From an uncultured virus (IMG/VR IMGVR_UViG_3300029288_000156) (taxonomy: Duplodnaviria > Heunggongvirae > Uroviricota > Caudoviricetes): a stretch of DNA of 64,000 bases. Shown piece by piece: positions 1 through 6,560 of this stretch. The notes under the pieces are model-generated. The model was given only the letters and a program-made list of their open reading frames with translations, searched no databases and had not been told where the DNA came from. The stretch lies in IMG/VR virus record IMGVR_UViG_3300029288_000156, one strand, 5' to 3'. The position numbers were made by a program, and so were the translations under genes. Position 1 is the first letter of the stretch. Every line of letters begins with the position of its first letter.

Positions 1-6
1 AGTATT

Positions 7-726
7 GTGTCTGAGATTGAAATAGGAGAGGGCGATAATTGGCGCAAGCTTACTCTCGACGCTATTGACTGGTTTGGTGAGGATGCACCTAGCCCGCTTG
101 GCACCGACAAATGGGACGACACTGATGAATGGGCAAGGCTCGCCGATATACTCTCCGAAAACATTTTGTGGGATGCAGACTGGGAACTTGCTGACGAAGT
201 GTTGGATTTGCATCCAGACAACAGGCAGGAATTTTACGACAAGATGGGAGTTGAAGATGATTATTTTATGACGATACCGCCAGAAATATCGAAAGAAGAA
301 GTCGATAAAGCAGTATCAACTATCAGGAGATTAACAAAAGATAGGAATCAAAATATGAAACGAAAACAATTGAAATGCTCTTGTGGATGGCCTAAATTCG
401 TGGTGAAAGCCGAAGTAGAGAACTTGAAGCTATCTAATGGTGTTGTGTCGGCGGATGTTAAAATCGTCCATGCTTGTAGACGATGCAAGAAAATTGCTAA
501 ATCGACCACAACTCATGGCGAATGCCAGATAGAACCAATTGATGCTACAAATCTATCTGTTCAAGTTATCCGAAGGGACAAGATCACTATGTATGCTAGT
601 GGTAGCAATTATCTCAAATATCGCATTTGCTTTGCGATAGTGAGCACTTGCAGCCATGGATACACTAAAGAGTGTTATCGCGGATTCTTCAAAGTGAGTG
701 AAAGAGAGAAACATGGCACGTTCTAA
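7..726 (+). CDS. hypothetical protein (acidic N-half, CxC/CxxC C-half); may be truncated by the window edge
   Basis: 239-aa ORF, no recognised family. Confidence 0.55.
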   Translation: MSEIEIGEGDNWRKLTLDAIDWFGEDAPSPLGTDKWDDTDEWARLADILSENILWDADWELADEVLDLHPDNRQEFYDKMGVEDDYFMTIPPEISKEEVDKAVSTIRRLTKDRNQNMKRKQLKCSCGWPKFVVKAEVENLKLSNGVVSADVKIVHACRRCKKIAKSTTTHGECQIEPIDATNLSVQVIRRDKITMYASGSNYLKYRICFAIVSTCSHGYTKECYRGFFKVSEREKHGTF

Positions 727-928
727 GATGATTATTTGCAAGAACCTCGAAGAGTCAGAAGCAGCAATGCGTGCATTAGGAGCGAAATTCGTCCGTATGC
801 AGGTTCCAGTTCCGTGCGAATTACATATCCGCATGGAAAGGATTAGACGAAGGGTTGACTGGAAGGCTATCGCTATTGAGGCATTCGAGCGTAAACTGGC
901 TGAACTTGAAAACACATCGAAGGATTAA
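713..928 (+). CDS. small ribbon-helix-helix-like DNA-binding protein
   Basis: VRMQVPVPCELHIRMERIRRRVDWKAIAIEAFERKL fits a strand-helix-helix pattern; GAGAG upstream of ATG 713. Confidence 0.45.
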   Translation: MARSKMIICKNLEESEAAMRALGAKFVRMQVPVPCELHIRMERIRRRVDWKAIAIEAFERKLAELENTSKD

Positions 929-952
929 TGACCTGTTTGTTCGTGCTATAAC
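925..952 (+). promoter_or_regulatory. phage early-type sigma70-like promoter
   Basis: TTAATG-N16-TATAAC with CGTGC immediately before the -10; motif recurs in the window. Confidence 0.6.
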
Positions 953-1102
953 TATTCGGAGGTCCCTATGAGAATCGAGACGCCCGAAGATTTCTTAGAA
1001 CGTCTGCTGAAAAACCTGATGCGTTTTTGACTTTCATTCTGTTCGTATTTCAGACCTAAAGGAATTTGAGTCTTTCGAACAGACAATCGACGGCTTGCTA
1101 TC

Positions 1103-1399
1103 ATGACTCAGATCGAACCACAAAGCGGATTTGTACACCGGATGATGCCACCGACTGATTGGTGTTGCGGTGGCATACCCGAGATATGCTACGACAAAAA
1201 CAAGACACACAATCAAATCCATACAGTGCTGGAGCAGTCATATCTGCAAGAAGAAAACATTCAGAGATTGGTAAAGTGGTTAGAGGAGCGAGACGGTGGT
1301 CCGAAGCAATCACATTTGCTGACAGCCAAGATACAACTAGAGATGCTGGCTGAGATTGATTCCGGTACAATATGGGTAGCGAACCAAATACAGGATTAG
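1103..1399 (+). CDS. hypothetical protein
   Basis: ORF in a co-oriented run of small genes. Confidence 0.55.
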   Translation: MTQIEPQSGFVHRMMPPTDWCCGGIPEICYDKNKTHNQIHTVLEQSYLQEENIQRLVKWLEERDGGPKQSHLLTAKIQLEMLAEIDSGTIWVANQIQD

Positions 1400-1406
1400 G
1401 AGATTA

Positions 1407-1610
1407 ATGGACGATTATTTCTTTACCAACTGTACCAAAGACCGTGCCCCGTTTATGCTCGAAGTGGCAGCAGAACTTGGTATTAAGATGCATACCGAAC
1501 CGGCCTACGATATTGACGACAACTTGCTCACAGAGCATGTCGCTATTCATCTTGATGAAGGTCTTGGCAATATGACGGAATTTTGGGCCAAGATGGCTGA
1601 AAGGCGGTAA
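1407..1610 (+). CDS. hypothetical protein
   Basis: AGGAG RBS before ATG. Confidence 0.65.
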   Translation: MDDYFFTNCTKDRAPFMLEVAAELGIKMHTEPAYDIDDNLLTEHVAIHLDEGLGNMTEFWAKMAERR

Positions 1611-1617
1611 AATAACA

Positions 1618-1863
1618 GTGTATGCTGGTGGCCCTTATCCTCTGACAGATAGCAAACACCATTTATGGCGAGCTTGGTGTTCTGAATGTGGGGAACCATT
1701 AAGAGTATCGGCCAACGTATTATTTAGGGATGACGGAAGTACCAGACCGCTCTTGTGTGATACATGTTTTCCGCATACTCCTCCGGCTGGCCATAATATG
1801 TTTAAAGATGATATGAGTCCTTGGCAAGAGAACGCAGTTAGACATATGGAAGACGGATCATGA
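1618..1863 (+). CDS. small Zn-finger protein
   Basis: CSECG...CDTC; stop overlaps next start (ATGA). Confidence 0.6.
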   Translation: MYAGGPYPLTDSKHHLWRAWCSECGEPLRVSANVLFRDDGSTRPLLCDTCFPHTPPAGHNMFKDDMSPWQENAVRHMEDGS

Positions 1864-2045
1864 GAGATATAGCACCCAGGGCGCGTATTGAAGACGACCG
1901 CAAAATCGTTGATGAGCTTTGCGTATGTGGCCGTCTGAAATCGAGCCACGACACGAGTGACTGCAAACAATTCAACTGGGTTTCGTTTAAACTGGAAGAT
2001 GGAACTTTCTGGCCAGACCCTTCACCAATTGTTCCGAGGGTTTGA
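1860..2045 (+). CDS. hypothetical protein (CxC..H..C)
   Basis: ATGA coupling to the previous ORF. Confidence 0.55.
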   Translation: MRDIAPRARIEDDRKIVDELCVCGRLKSSHDTSDCKQFNWVSFKLEDGTFWPDPSPIVPRV

Positions 2046-2050
2046 TGTAA

Positions 2051-2079
2051 TTGATGACCATTGGACGTCGTGCTATAAA
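2051..2079 (+). promoter_or_regulatory. promoter directly upstream of pentamer array A
   Basis: TTGATG-N17-TATAAA with extended TG; array starts at 2083. Confidence 0.65.
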
Positions 2080-2082
2080 ATA

Positions 2083-2170
2083 GTGACAAGCTTGGCCTTG
2101 ACTTGACGCCACCGGGCCGGACTAGATAAGTTTCGACAAAATGTGTCGCAACGGGACCACACAACACAAG
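2083..2170 (+). repeat. pentamer array A (17 NN-GAC-type units + AAG), putative guide RNA
   Basis: gtgac aagct tggcc ttgac ttgac gccac cgggc cggac tagat aagtt tcgac aaaat gtgtc gcaac gggac cacac aacac aag. Confidence 0.85.
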
Positions 2171-2180
2171 AATTATTTCT

Positions 2181-2396
2181 ATGAAACATTCTGCGTCAGC
2201 AGCCGCAGAGCGACGAAAGCAGAAGCGGCTGCTGACGCAGAATCGTACTCGTAGACTTCAAGGATGTTTCGGAAAGGTTAAATATCCAAGTAAATCGTCG
2301 GCAGAAGCGGTTGGCGGTATGACTGCATATAAGTGTCCAGATTGTAATAATTGGCACTTGACGCAACGCCACCTGATACCCCACGACCGATCTTGA
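2181..2396 (+). CDS. small basic phage Zn-finger protein (C..K..Y...Y.CxxC..WHLT type)
   Basis: CFGKVKY...AYKCPDCNNWHLT; 3' end overlaps array B. Confidence 0.7.
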   Translation: MKHSASAAAERRKQKRLLTQNRTRRLQGCFGKVKYPSKSSAEAVGGMTAYKCPDCNNWHLTQRHLIPHDRS

Positions 2397-2440
2397 CAGT
2401 CTATGACCCACCGCGACCGGACTCAACGCAACAAGACAAG
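2353..2440 (+). repeat. pentamer array B (17 units + AAG), putative guide RNA
   Basis: ggcac ttgac gcaac gccac ctgat acccc acgac cgatc ttgac agtct atgac ccacc gcgac cggac tcaac gcaac aagac aag, then TTTTTATT. Confidence 0.85.
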
Positions 2441-2474
2441 TTTTTATTCACTCGCAATCATAAGGAATCACAAC

Positions 2475-2562
2475 ACGTCGCATCTTGACCACATGGGACA
2501 CGCCATTTTAGCACGGCCCCTGACCGGCCCAGACTCGACCCGACTCGACCTCACAAGACAAG
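2475..2562 (+). repeat. pentamer array C (17 units + AAG), putative guide RNA
   Basis: acgtc gcatc ttgac cacat gggac acgcc atttt agcac ggccc ctgac cggcc cagac tcgac ccgac tcgac ctcac aagac aag. Confidence 0.85.
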
Positions 2563-2598
2563 CTTCATTTAGAAATAATAACGTCTACTACAATCAGT

Positions 2599-2676
2599 AT
2601 GACTGCACCCGACCAGTCACGACCTGACCCGACTCGCCGTTACGGTACCGGTCGTAACCCGACCTCCCAAGCCAAG
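2599..2676 (+). repeat. pentamer array D (15 units + AAG), putative guide RNA
   Basis: atgac tgcac ccgac cagtc acgac ctgac ccgac tcgcc gttac ggtac cggtc gtaac ccgac ctccc aagcc aag. Confidence 0.85.
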
Positions 2677-2683
2677 CTTTCTA

Positions 2684-2704
2684 TCATAATCGCGGCGATT
2701 ATGA
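2684..2704. terminator. hairpin after array D
   Basis: TCATAATCGC-G-GCGATTATGA inverted repeat. Confidence 0.45.
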
Positions 2705-2778
2705 GTTTCATTCTAACGAACATCATTAATTCACTAACGGCATATCAAAAACGCCAACGTATGCCTCGGTGCCCGCAA

Positions 2779-2806
2779 TTATAAATCACTTCGTTTGTGC
2801 TATAAC
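2779..2806 (+). promoter_or_regulatory. promoter upstream of array E
   Basis: GTGC-TATAAC -10 box; -35 weaker (TTATAA). Confidence 0.5.
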
Positions 2807-2808
2807 AT

Positions 2809-2898
2809 CAAATGCGACCAAATGCGACTCGACAAGCCGTTTTGAGACCCGGCCACCCGGCATCACAAGATGGGGCTCGACAGTCTACGACAGACAAG
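2809..2898 (+). repeat. pentamer array E (degenerate, two register slips)
   Basis: caaat gcgac caaat gcgac tcgac aagcc gtttt gagac ccggc cac ccggc atcac aagat ggggc tcgac agtct acgac agac aag. Confidence 0.75.
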
Positions 2899-2910
2899 CC
2901 CCATTTGCAA

Positions 2911-2939
2911 TTAATGACTAACCGCGTCGGTGCTATAAT
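2911..2939 (+). promoter_or_regulatory. promoter upstream of array F (and likely array G plus the RAMP gene)
   Basis: TTAATG-N17-TATAAT with extended TG. Confidence 0.7.
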
Positions 2940-2946
2940 CGAACAT

Positions 2947-3004
2947 GCAACGGGACGGGCCAGTACCGGCCACGACCACTTGAGACGGTATTCGACATGA
3001 CAAG
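2947..3004 (+). repeat. pentamer array F (11 units + AAG), putative guide RNA
   Basis: gcaac gggac gggcc agtac cggcc acgac cactt gagac ggtat tcgac atgac aag, then CGTTATTTT. Confidence 0.85.
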
Positions 3005-3030
3005 CGTTATTTTACCGAACAAACGACTTT

Positions 3031-3093
3031 CTACCCGCTCGGGCCTAGATGTGACCAGATTGGTCCGCCCTGGACGTGATAGACCAAGACAAG
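3031..3093 (+). repeat. pentamer array G (12 units + AAG), putative guide RNA
   Basis: ctacc cgctc gggcc tagat gtgac cagat tggtc cgccc tggac gtgat agacc aagac aag, then TTTCTTTGTTTCTTT. Confidence 0.8.
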
Positions 3094-3143
3094 TTTCTTT
3101 GTTTCTTTCTTTCTAACCCTGTGCTACTGGAGTGAGTACTGTT

Positions 3144-3731
3144 ATGATTACTGCTACTGTTCGTCTGAAAGGTGTTGCCCCCTACGGTCAGAGTCGCAAT
3201 TACGTCATGGACGTGCCGAAGAATGACAAGGAGCGTTCCGACGACTACGAGAAGCGAACTTGGCGCAACCGGCTTCACATTATGGCCACTGGCCCGCTTG
3301 AAGGCCATGTTTTCATCCCGCCGATGGCCTTCAAGAACTGCCTTGATGCGTCGGCGAAGTACATGTCGATGCAAGTGCCTGGAAAAGGAAAGGCGACTTA
3401 CACGAAGCACTTCGAGGCCGGTATCATGGTCGATCCCGAACCGATCGTCTTGCCCGATATCGCCGCAGACGTCGAAGGCATCTGGTTGTACGTTCCCAGC
3501 GACGGCAAGCGCGGCGGCAGCAAGCGCGTTTGGAAGTGCTTCCCCATCATCAAAAACTGGGAAGTTGACGTCGTGTTCCACGTCTTGGACGAGACGATCA
3601 CCGAGGAGATCTTCTTGAAGCACATTCAGGAGGCTGGTCGGTTCATCGGCATCGGTTTCTTCCGTCCGCGCAACAGCGGCTATTATGGCCGGTTCAGCGT
3701 GGAGAGCTTGAATTGGGTGAAGCAAGATTAG
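3144..3731 (+). CDS. stand-alone Cas7-like RAMP-fold protein (Vipr-like putative RNA-guided effector)
   Basis: N-terminal strand ITATVRLKGVAPY; FIPPMAFKNCL (cf. RAMP IPGSSLKG); C-terminal Gly-rich loop AGRFIGIGFFRP...GYYGRFSV. GGAG at 3129-3132 favours ATG 3144 over GTG 3132. Confidence 0.75.
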   Translation: MITATVRLKGVAPYGQSRNYVMDVPKNDKERSDDYEKRTWRNRLHIMATGPLEGHVFIPPMAFKNCLDASAKYMSMQVPGKGKATYTKHFEAGIMVDPEPIVLPDIAADVEGIWLYVPSDGKRGGSKRVWKCFPIIKNWEVDVVFHVLDETITEEIFLKHIQEAGRFIGIGFFRPRNSGYYGRFSVESLNWVKQD

Positions 3732-3755
3732 TACGCGAGCACAACAACGGCACGA

Positions 3756-3787
3756 ATCCTCCACCGGTCACTTGACCGGTGGAGGAT
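3756..3787. terminator. perfect 15-bp hairpin between the RAMP gene and array H
   Basis: ATCCTCCACCGGTCA-CT-TGACCGGTGGAGGAT, followed by GTTTGT. Confidence 0.6.
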
Positions 3788-3797
3788 GTTTGTACAA

Positions 3798-3860
3798 AGA
3801 ACTGCACTGGCCATGCCAAGACGAGACGTGACCGGATTAGTCTCGGCTCAACACGACAAG
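3798..3860 (+). repeat. pentamer array H (12 units + AAG), putative guide RNA
   Basis: agaac tgcac tggcc atgcc aagac gagac gtgac cggat tagtc tcggc tcaac acgac aag. Confidence 0.85.
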
Positions 3861-3892
3861 AAGCGTTTCATCATTTATCATTATTTACAAAC

Positions 3893-3955
3893 TCGACCGG
3901 AAATGACTGGATAACACTGGACCCGTCGAGACTGGTCGGGACAAGACAACACAAG
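3893..3955 (+). repeat. pentamer array I (12 units + AAG), putative guide RNA
   Basis: tcgac cggaa atgac tggat aacac tggac ccgtc gagac tggtc gggac aagac aacac aag, then TGCTTGTTTCTTT. Confidence 0.85.
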
Positions 3956-3992
3956 TGCTTGTTTCTTTACTAACCCTTTTGAGGAATTACAC

Positions 3993-4592
3993 ATGTCAGA
4001 AACCACAGCCACTCTACCCACGACTGCATCAACGATCACTCATCCGAAGAAGCCGAATACGATGATGAGCGAAGCGACGCGCGCTGTTCTTGGCATGTTC
4101 CGGCAACTCATAGAGTCGCCTGACATGACCATCAGCAGGGATGAACTGAGTGCAGCAATTGGCGAGGAAGTTAAACCAGGGAGTATCACGACAGCAGTCA
4201 GGCATATGCGTCGTGATCACAACATTACTGTCGAGTGGGACAGGATTTCGAAGGTATACCATCGTTCTGTCGGCGAGGACAATCTTATTCGACGAGCAGG
4301 CGATTTCAGATCTATTCGTCGCAAATCACGCATCGCTCGTGAGAAAATTGCGACATCTGGCTTTGAGAACATGTCTGATGAGCAGAAGATCCGGGCATGT
4401 GCGTACTCTAGTGTGTTTGGCGTCATGGCTCGTCTCGGTGAGTCAAGTAGCATAAAGAAGATCGAGAATCATGTCACCAAAGCGAATGTTGACGGCATTC
4501 CGATCGGTAACACTTTGTCGCTGTTTAATGAGCAGGCAGTGAAAGTGCAGGCGCAGCAGGGGCCACAAAATGGTGTACGGCCACAGAGCTAA
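3993..4592 (+). CDS. winged-HTH-like protein embedded in the array locus
   Basis: ISRDELSAAIG...SITTAVRHMRRDHNITVEWDRISKVY resembles HTH plus wing; GAGG RBS. Confidence 0.6.
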   Translation: MSETTATLPTTASTITHPKKPNTMMSEATRAVLGMFRQLIESPDMTISRDELSAAIGEEVKPGSITTAVRHMRRDHNITVEWDRISKVYHRSVGEDNLIRRAGDFRSIRRKSRIAREKIATSGFENMSDEQKIRACAYSSVFGVMARLGESSSIKKIENHVTKANVDGIPIGNTLSLFNEQAVKVQAQQGPQNGVRPQS

Positions 4593-4596
4593 TACG

Positions 4597-4654
4597 GCGT
4601 CACCATTCGACACCATGTGACTCGACCGATTAAGACTTGTCGATACAAGACAAG
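4597..4654 (+). repeat. pentamer array J (11 units + AAG), putative guide RNA
   Basis: gcgtc accat tcgac accat gtgac tcgac cgatt aagac ttgtc gatac aagac aag, then GTTTTT. Confidence 0.8.
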
Positions 4655-4681
4655 GTTTTTGCTGTATATGAAGGCTGAATT

Positions 4682-4927
4682 ATGAACATAATGCAGCTAC
4701 AGGCTTTGGTATCTTATCCATCGAATACCTCGAAGGGTGGGAATATCTATTACGAATACCACGACACGGCGATAGCCGACGAGTTGGTTGAAATGGGGAT
4801 GGTGGTCGGCGATTACACCCAGAACAGCCACGACCACAAAGCCTATAAGCGGTCAAAGAGGGGCGACCAATTGGTGGCCGAGTTGCTCGCCTTCGCCAAC
4901 AGACTCATGGAGGAAATCACTCCATGA
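4682..4927 (+). CDS. hypothetical protein
   Basis: ORF coupled (ATGA) to the next gene. Confidence 0.6.
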   Translation: MNIMQLQALVSYPSNTSKGGNIYYEYHDTAIADELVEMGMVVGDYTQNSHDHKAYKRSKRGDQLVAELLAFANRLMEEITP

Positions 4928-5232
4928 TGACCATCAAACCAGGATATTGTGCCTGCGGTAGACCACTCCACTATGTTAATAAGGATGTGGAGAAAATCGT
5001 CAAGCAGTATGCTCAAAAGCTCGGCGAGATGGTTGAAATCACGGCACCCTCCGGAACGTTTCTCGTGCAGCGCCACTACATTGCTCTGCATGGGGTTGAG
5101 GCGAAGGACCTCAACGGGCTAGCTATCGACGGCGTGGTCGAGAGAACGTCGAAGAAGCCACTCCACGTTCTAACTCCGGAAGAGATAATTGAACTCGAAA
5201 ATTGGTGCGGGCGAAAGAAGGAACCATCGTGA
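4924..5232 (+). CDS. hypothetical protein (CACG..H)
   Basis: GGAGG RBS. Confidence 0.65.
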   Translation: MMTIKPGYCACGRPLHYVNKDVEKIVKQYAQKLGEMVEITAPSGTFLVQRHYIALHGVEAKDLNGLAIDGVVERTSKKPLHVLTPEEIIELENWCGRKKEPS

Positions 5233-5555
5233 TTGTCGCTATTCTGAGAGAAATCCATTTCATCATCGACGAAGAGAAGCATAGCGTTGCATATGCCAAG
5301 CGGGCTATGGGATGCGTCGGCGTCCCGAAGAACCCATCTTCGCATTGGAAGGCGGTAATCGGCAACGACATGGATGACGCTGAGACCAAGCTACGAACAC
5401 AAGTTGTTTCATTCTTGCAACGGATGAACCTAGACCCAGCGGACTTCGAATTCAGTTATCGCCACACGGATGTGGACGAATTCGGGCAGTTTTGGCTGCT
5501 TGGTGATGGTGGCGGCATACACTCCGGACGTAATAGTATAGCAAAGAGGTCATAG
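5229..5555 (+). CDS. hypothetical protein
   Basis: GTGA overlap with the previous gene, AAGGA RBS. Confidence 0.55.
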   Translation: MIVAILREIHFIIDEEKHSVAYAKRAMGCVGVPKNPSSHWKAVIGNDMDDAETKLRTQVVSFLQRMNLDPADFEFSYRHTDVDEFGQFWLLGDGGGIHSGRNSIAKRS

Positions 5556-5887
5556 TGCCGGTGAGTGCAACACGTTACAATGGTAAGTTGAAGAAACAGA
5601 TCGCCGAAGAGGCGTTCAAGAAGTTCGGACCAACAGCATCGATCCAGAAGGTTGATGCATACTTTCGCAAATATGGACTGCCCTGCTGCGAGAGATCGAT
5701 GTACTGGGCATCAAGACGCAAGGCGGAAGGGCACGTTGTGCCGTTGCGGCGCAAATATCGTCGGAACAAAGAAAAGAAGGATTTGGTCGGTCTTATCGCT
5801 CGTACCAAGCAGCTTGCTTACGATCTGGGTGGTTACGACCAGCTAGAGGACCTCATAAAGGTTCTCAGGGATGATATAGCCACCTAA
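5555..5887 (+). CDS. basic hypothetical protein
   Basis: GAGG RBS, K/R-rich. Confidence 0.6.
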   Translation: MPVSATRYNGKLKKQIAEEAFKKFGPTASIQKVDAYFRKYGLPCCERSMYWASRRKAEGHVVPLRRKYRRNKEKKDLVGLIARTKQLAYDLGGYDQLEDLIKVLRDDIAT

Positions 5888-5902
5888 ATAAGGAGAGGTA
5901 AC

Positions 5903-6214
5903 ATGAGTGTCTTAGCTTGTGATCGGCGTAGCTGTCCAAATGTTATGTGCGACAGGCTTATCCTCGACGGGACGAGATATATCTGTAATGAATGCTGGCA
6001 AGAACTGCTCGAATACAAAGAGACTTGGCAGCCGCCGATGACCGCCCTGGAAATTGAAAACAAAATCAGGGAGTTCATGGGCACTAGCCCCGGCACCCAT
6101 AAAGCGGTCGAAACAGAGTGTGATATTGACGCTGAATTTCGACGTCTAACTGGCCAGGACAAGCACCACTTATTTAAGCACCATACAAGCACTCCTGATG
6201 ACTACAATCCCTGA
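5903..6214 (+). CDS. Cys-rich hypothetical protein
   Basis: AGGAGAGG RBS; C..C..C..CxxC. Confidence 0.65.
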   Translation: MSVLACDRRSCPNVMCDRLILDGTRYICNECWQELLEYKETWQPPMTALEIENKIREFMGTSPGTHKAVETECDIDAEFRRLTGQDKHHLFKHHTSTPDDYNP

Positions 6215-6560
6215 ACTTCTGAGCGACATGCTTGAGTCTAAGCCGTCGATAACGATCAAAGAAATAAAGGATCGTATCGAGCTTCTACGGCAGCAGCAGG
6301 GGACATCTATTTATCTTGATCATGGCGTTTTGTCTGCGGCATTAGAAGACAATCCAGACAAGTTCAAAAGGATCGATGACTGTACGATAGGAAGAGCAGA
6401 TCGCAATGAACACGCCATACACGATCTATCGAACGCGATGCGGCAATATGCCGACAGAATCGCATTCTTGACACCAGCCGGTGTTCTCAGCATCAAAGAA
6501 GTGCGTTATTGTTTGCACGATGATGCAATTTTGGTGAAGTTGGAACCGCAAGGCGATTAG
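6198..6560 (+). CDS. hypothetical protein
   Basis: 120-aa ORF converging on the next gene. Confidence 0.55.
   Translation: MTTIPELLSDMLESKPSITIKEIKDRIELLRQQQGTSIYLDHGVLSAALEDNPDKFKRIDDCTIGRADRNEHAIHDLSNAMRQYADRIAFLTPAGVLSIKEVRYCLHDDAILVKLEPQGD

Noticed and set aside
2326..2352. Self-target of array I in the KCPDC codons of the Zn-finger gene
   Set aside because: Only five consecutive dinucleotides (AA-TG-CC-GA-TG) match; the three upstream ones and the next downstream one do not.
2403..3000. ORFs 2403-2627, 2599-2784 and 2812-3000 (also 3779-3973)
   Set aside because: These R/T/D/P-rich translations are by-products of the pentamer arrays and have no convincing RBS.
3045..3764. 239-aa minus-strand ORF (and similar antisense ORFs over 17317-18444 and 31180-33690)
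   Set aside because: These are shadows of GC3-rich genes on the opposite strand that carry the recognisable motifs.
2083..4654. Canonical CRISPR array beside a Cas7-like gene
   Set aside because: There are no 25-45-bp direct repeats with spacers and no other cas genes; the periodicity is 5 nt.
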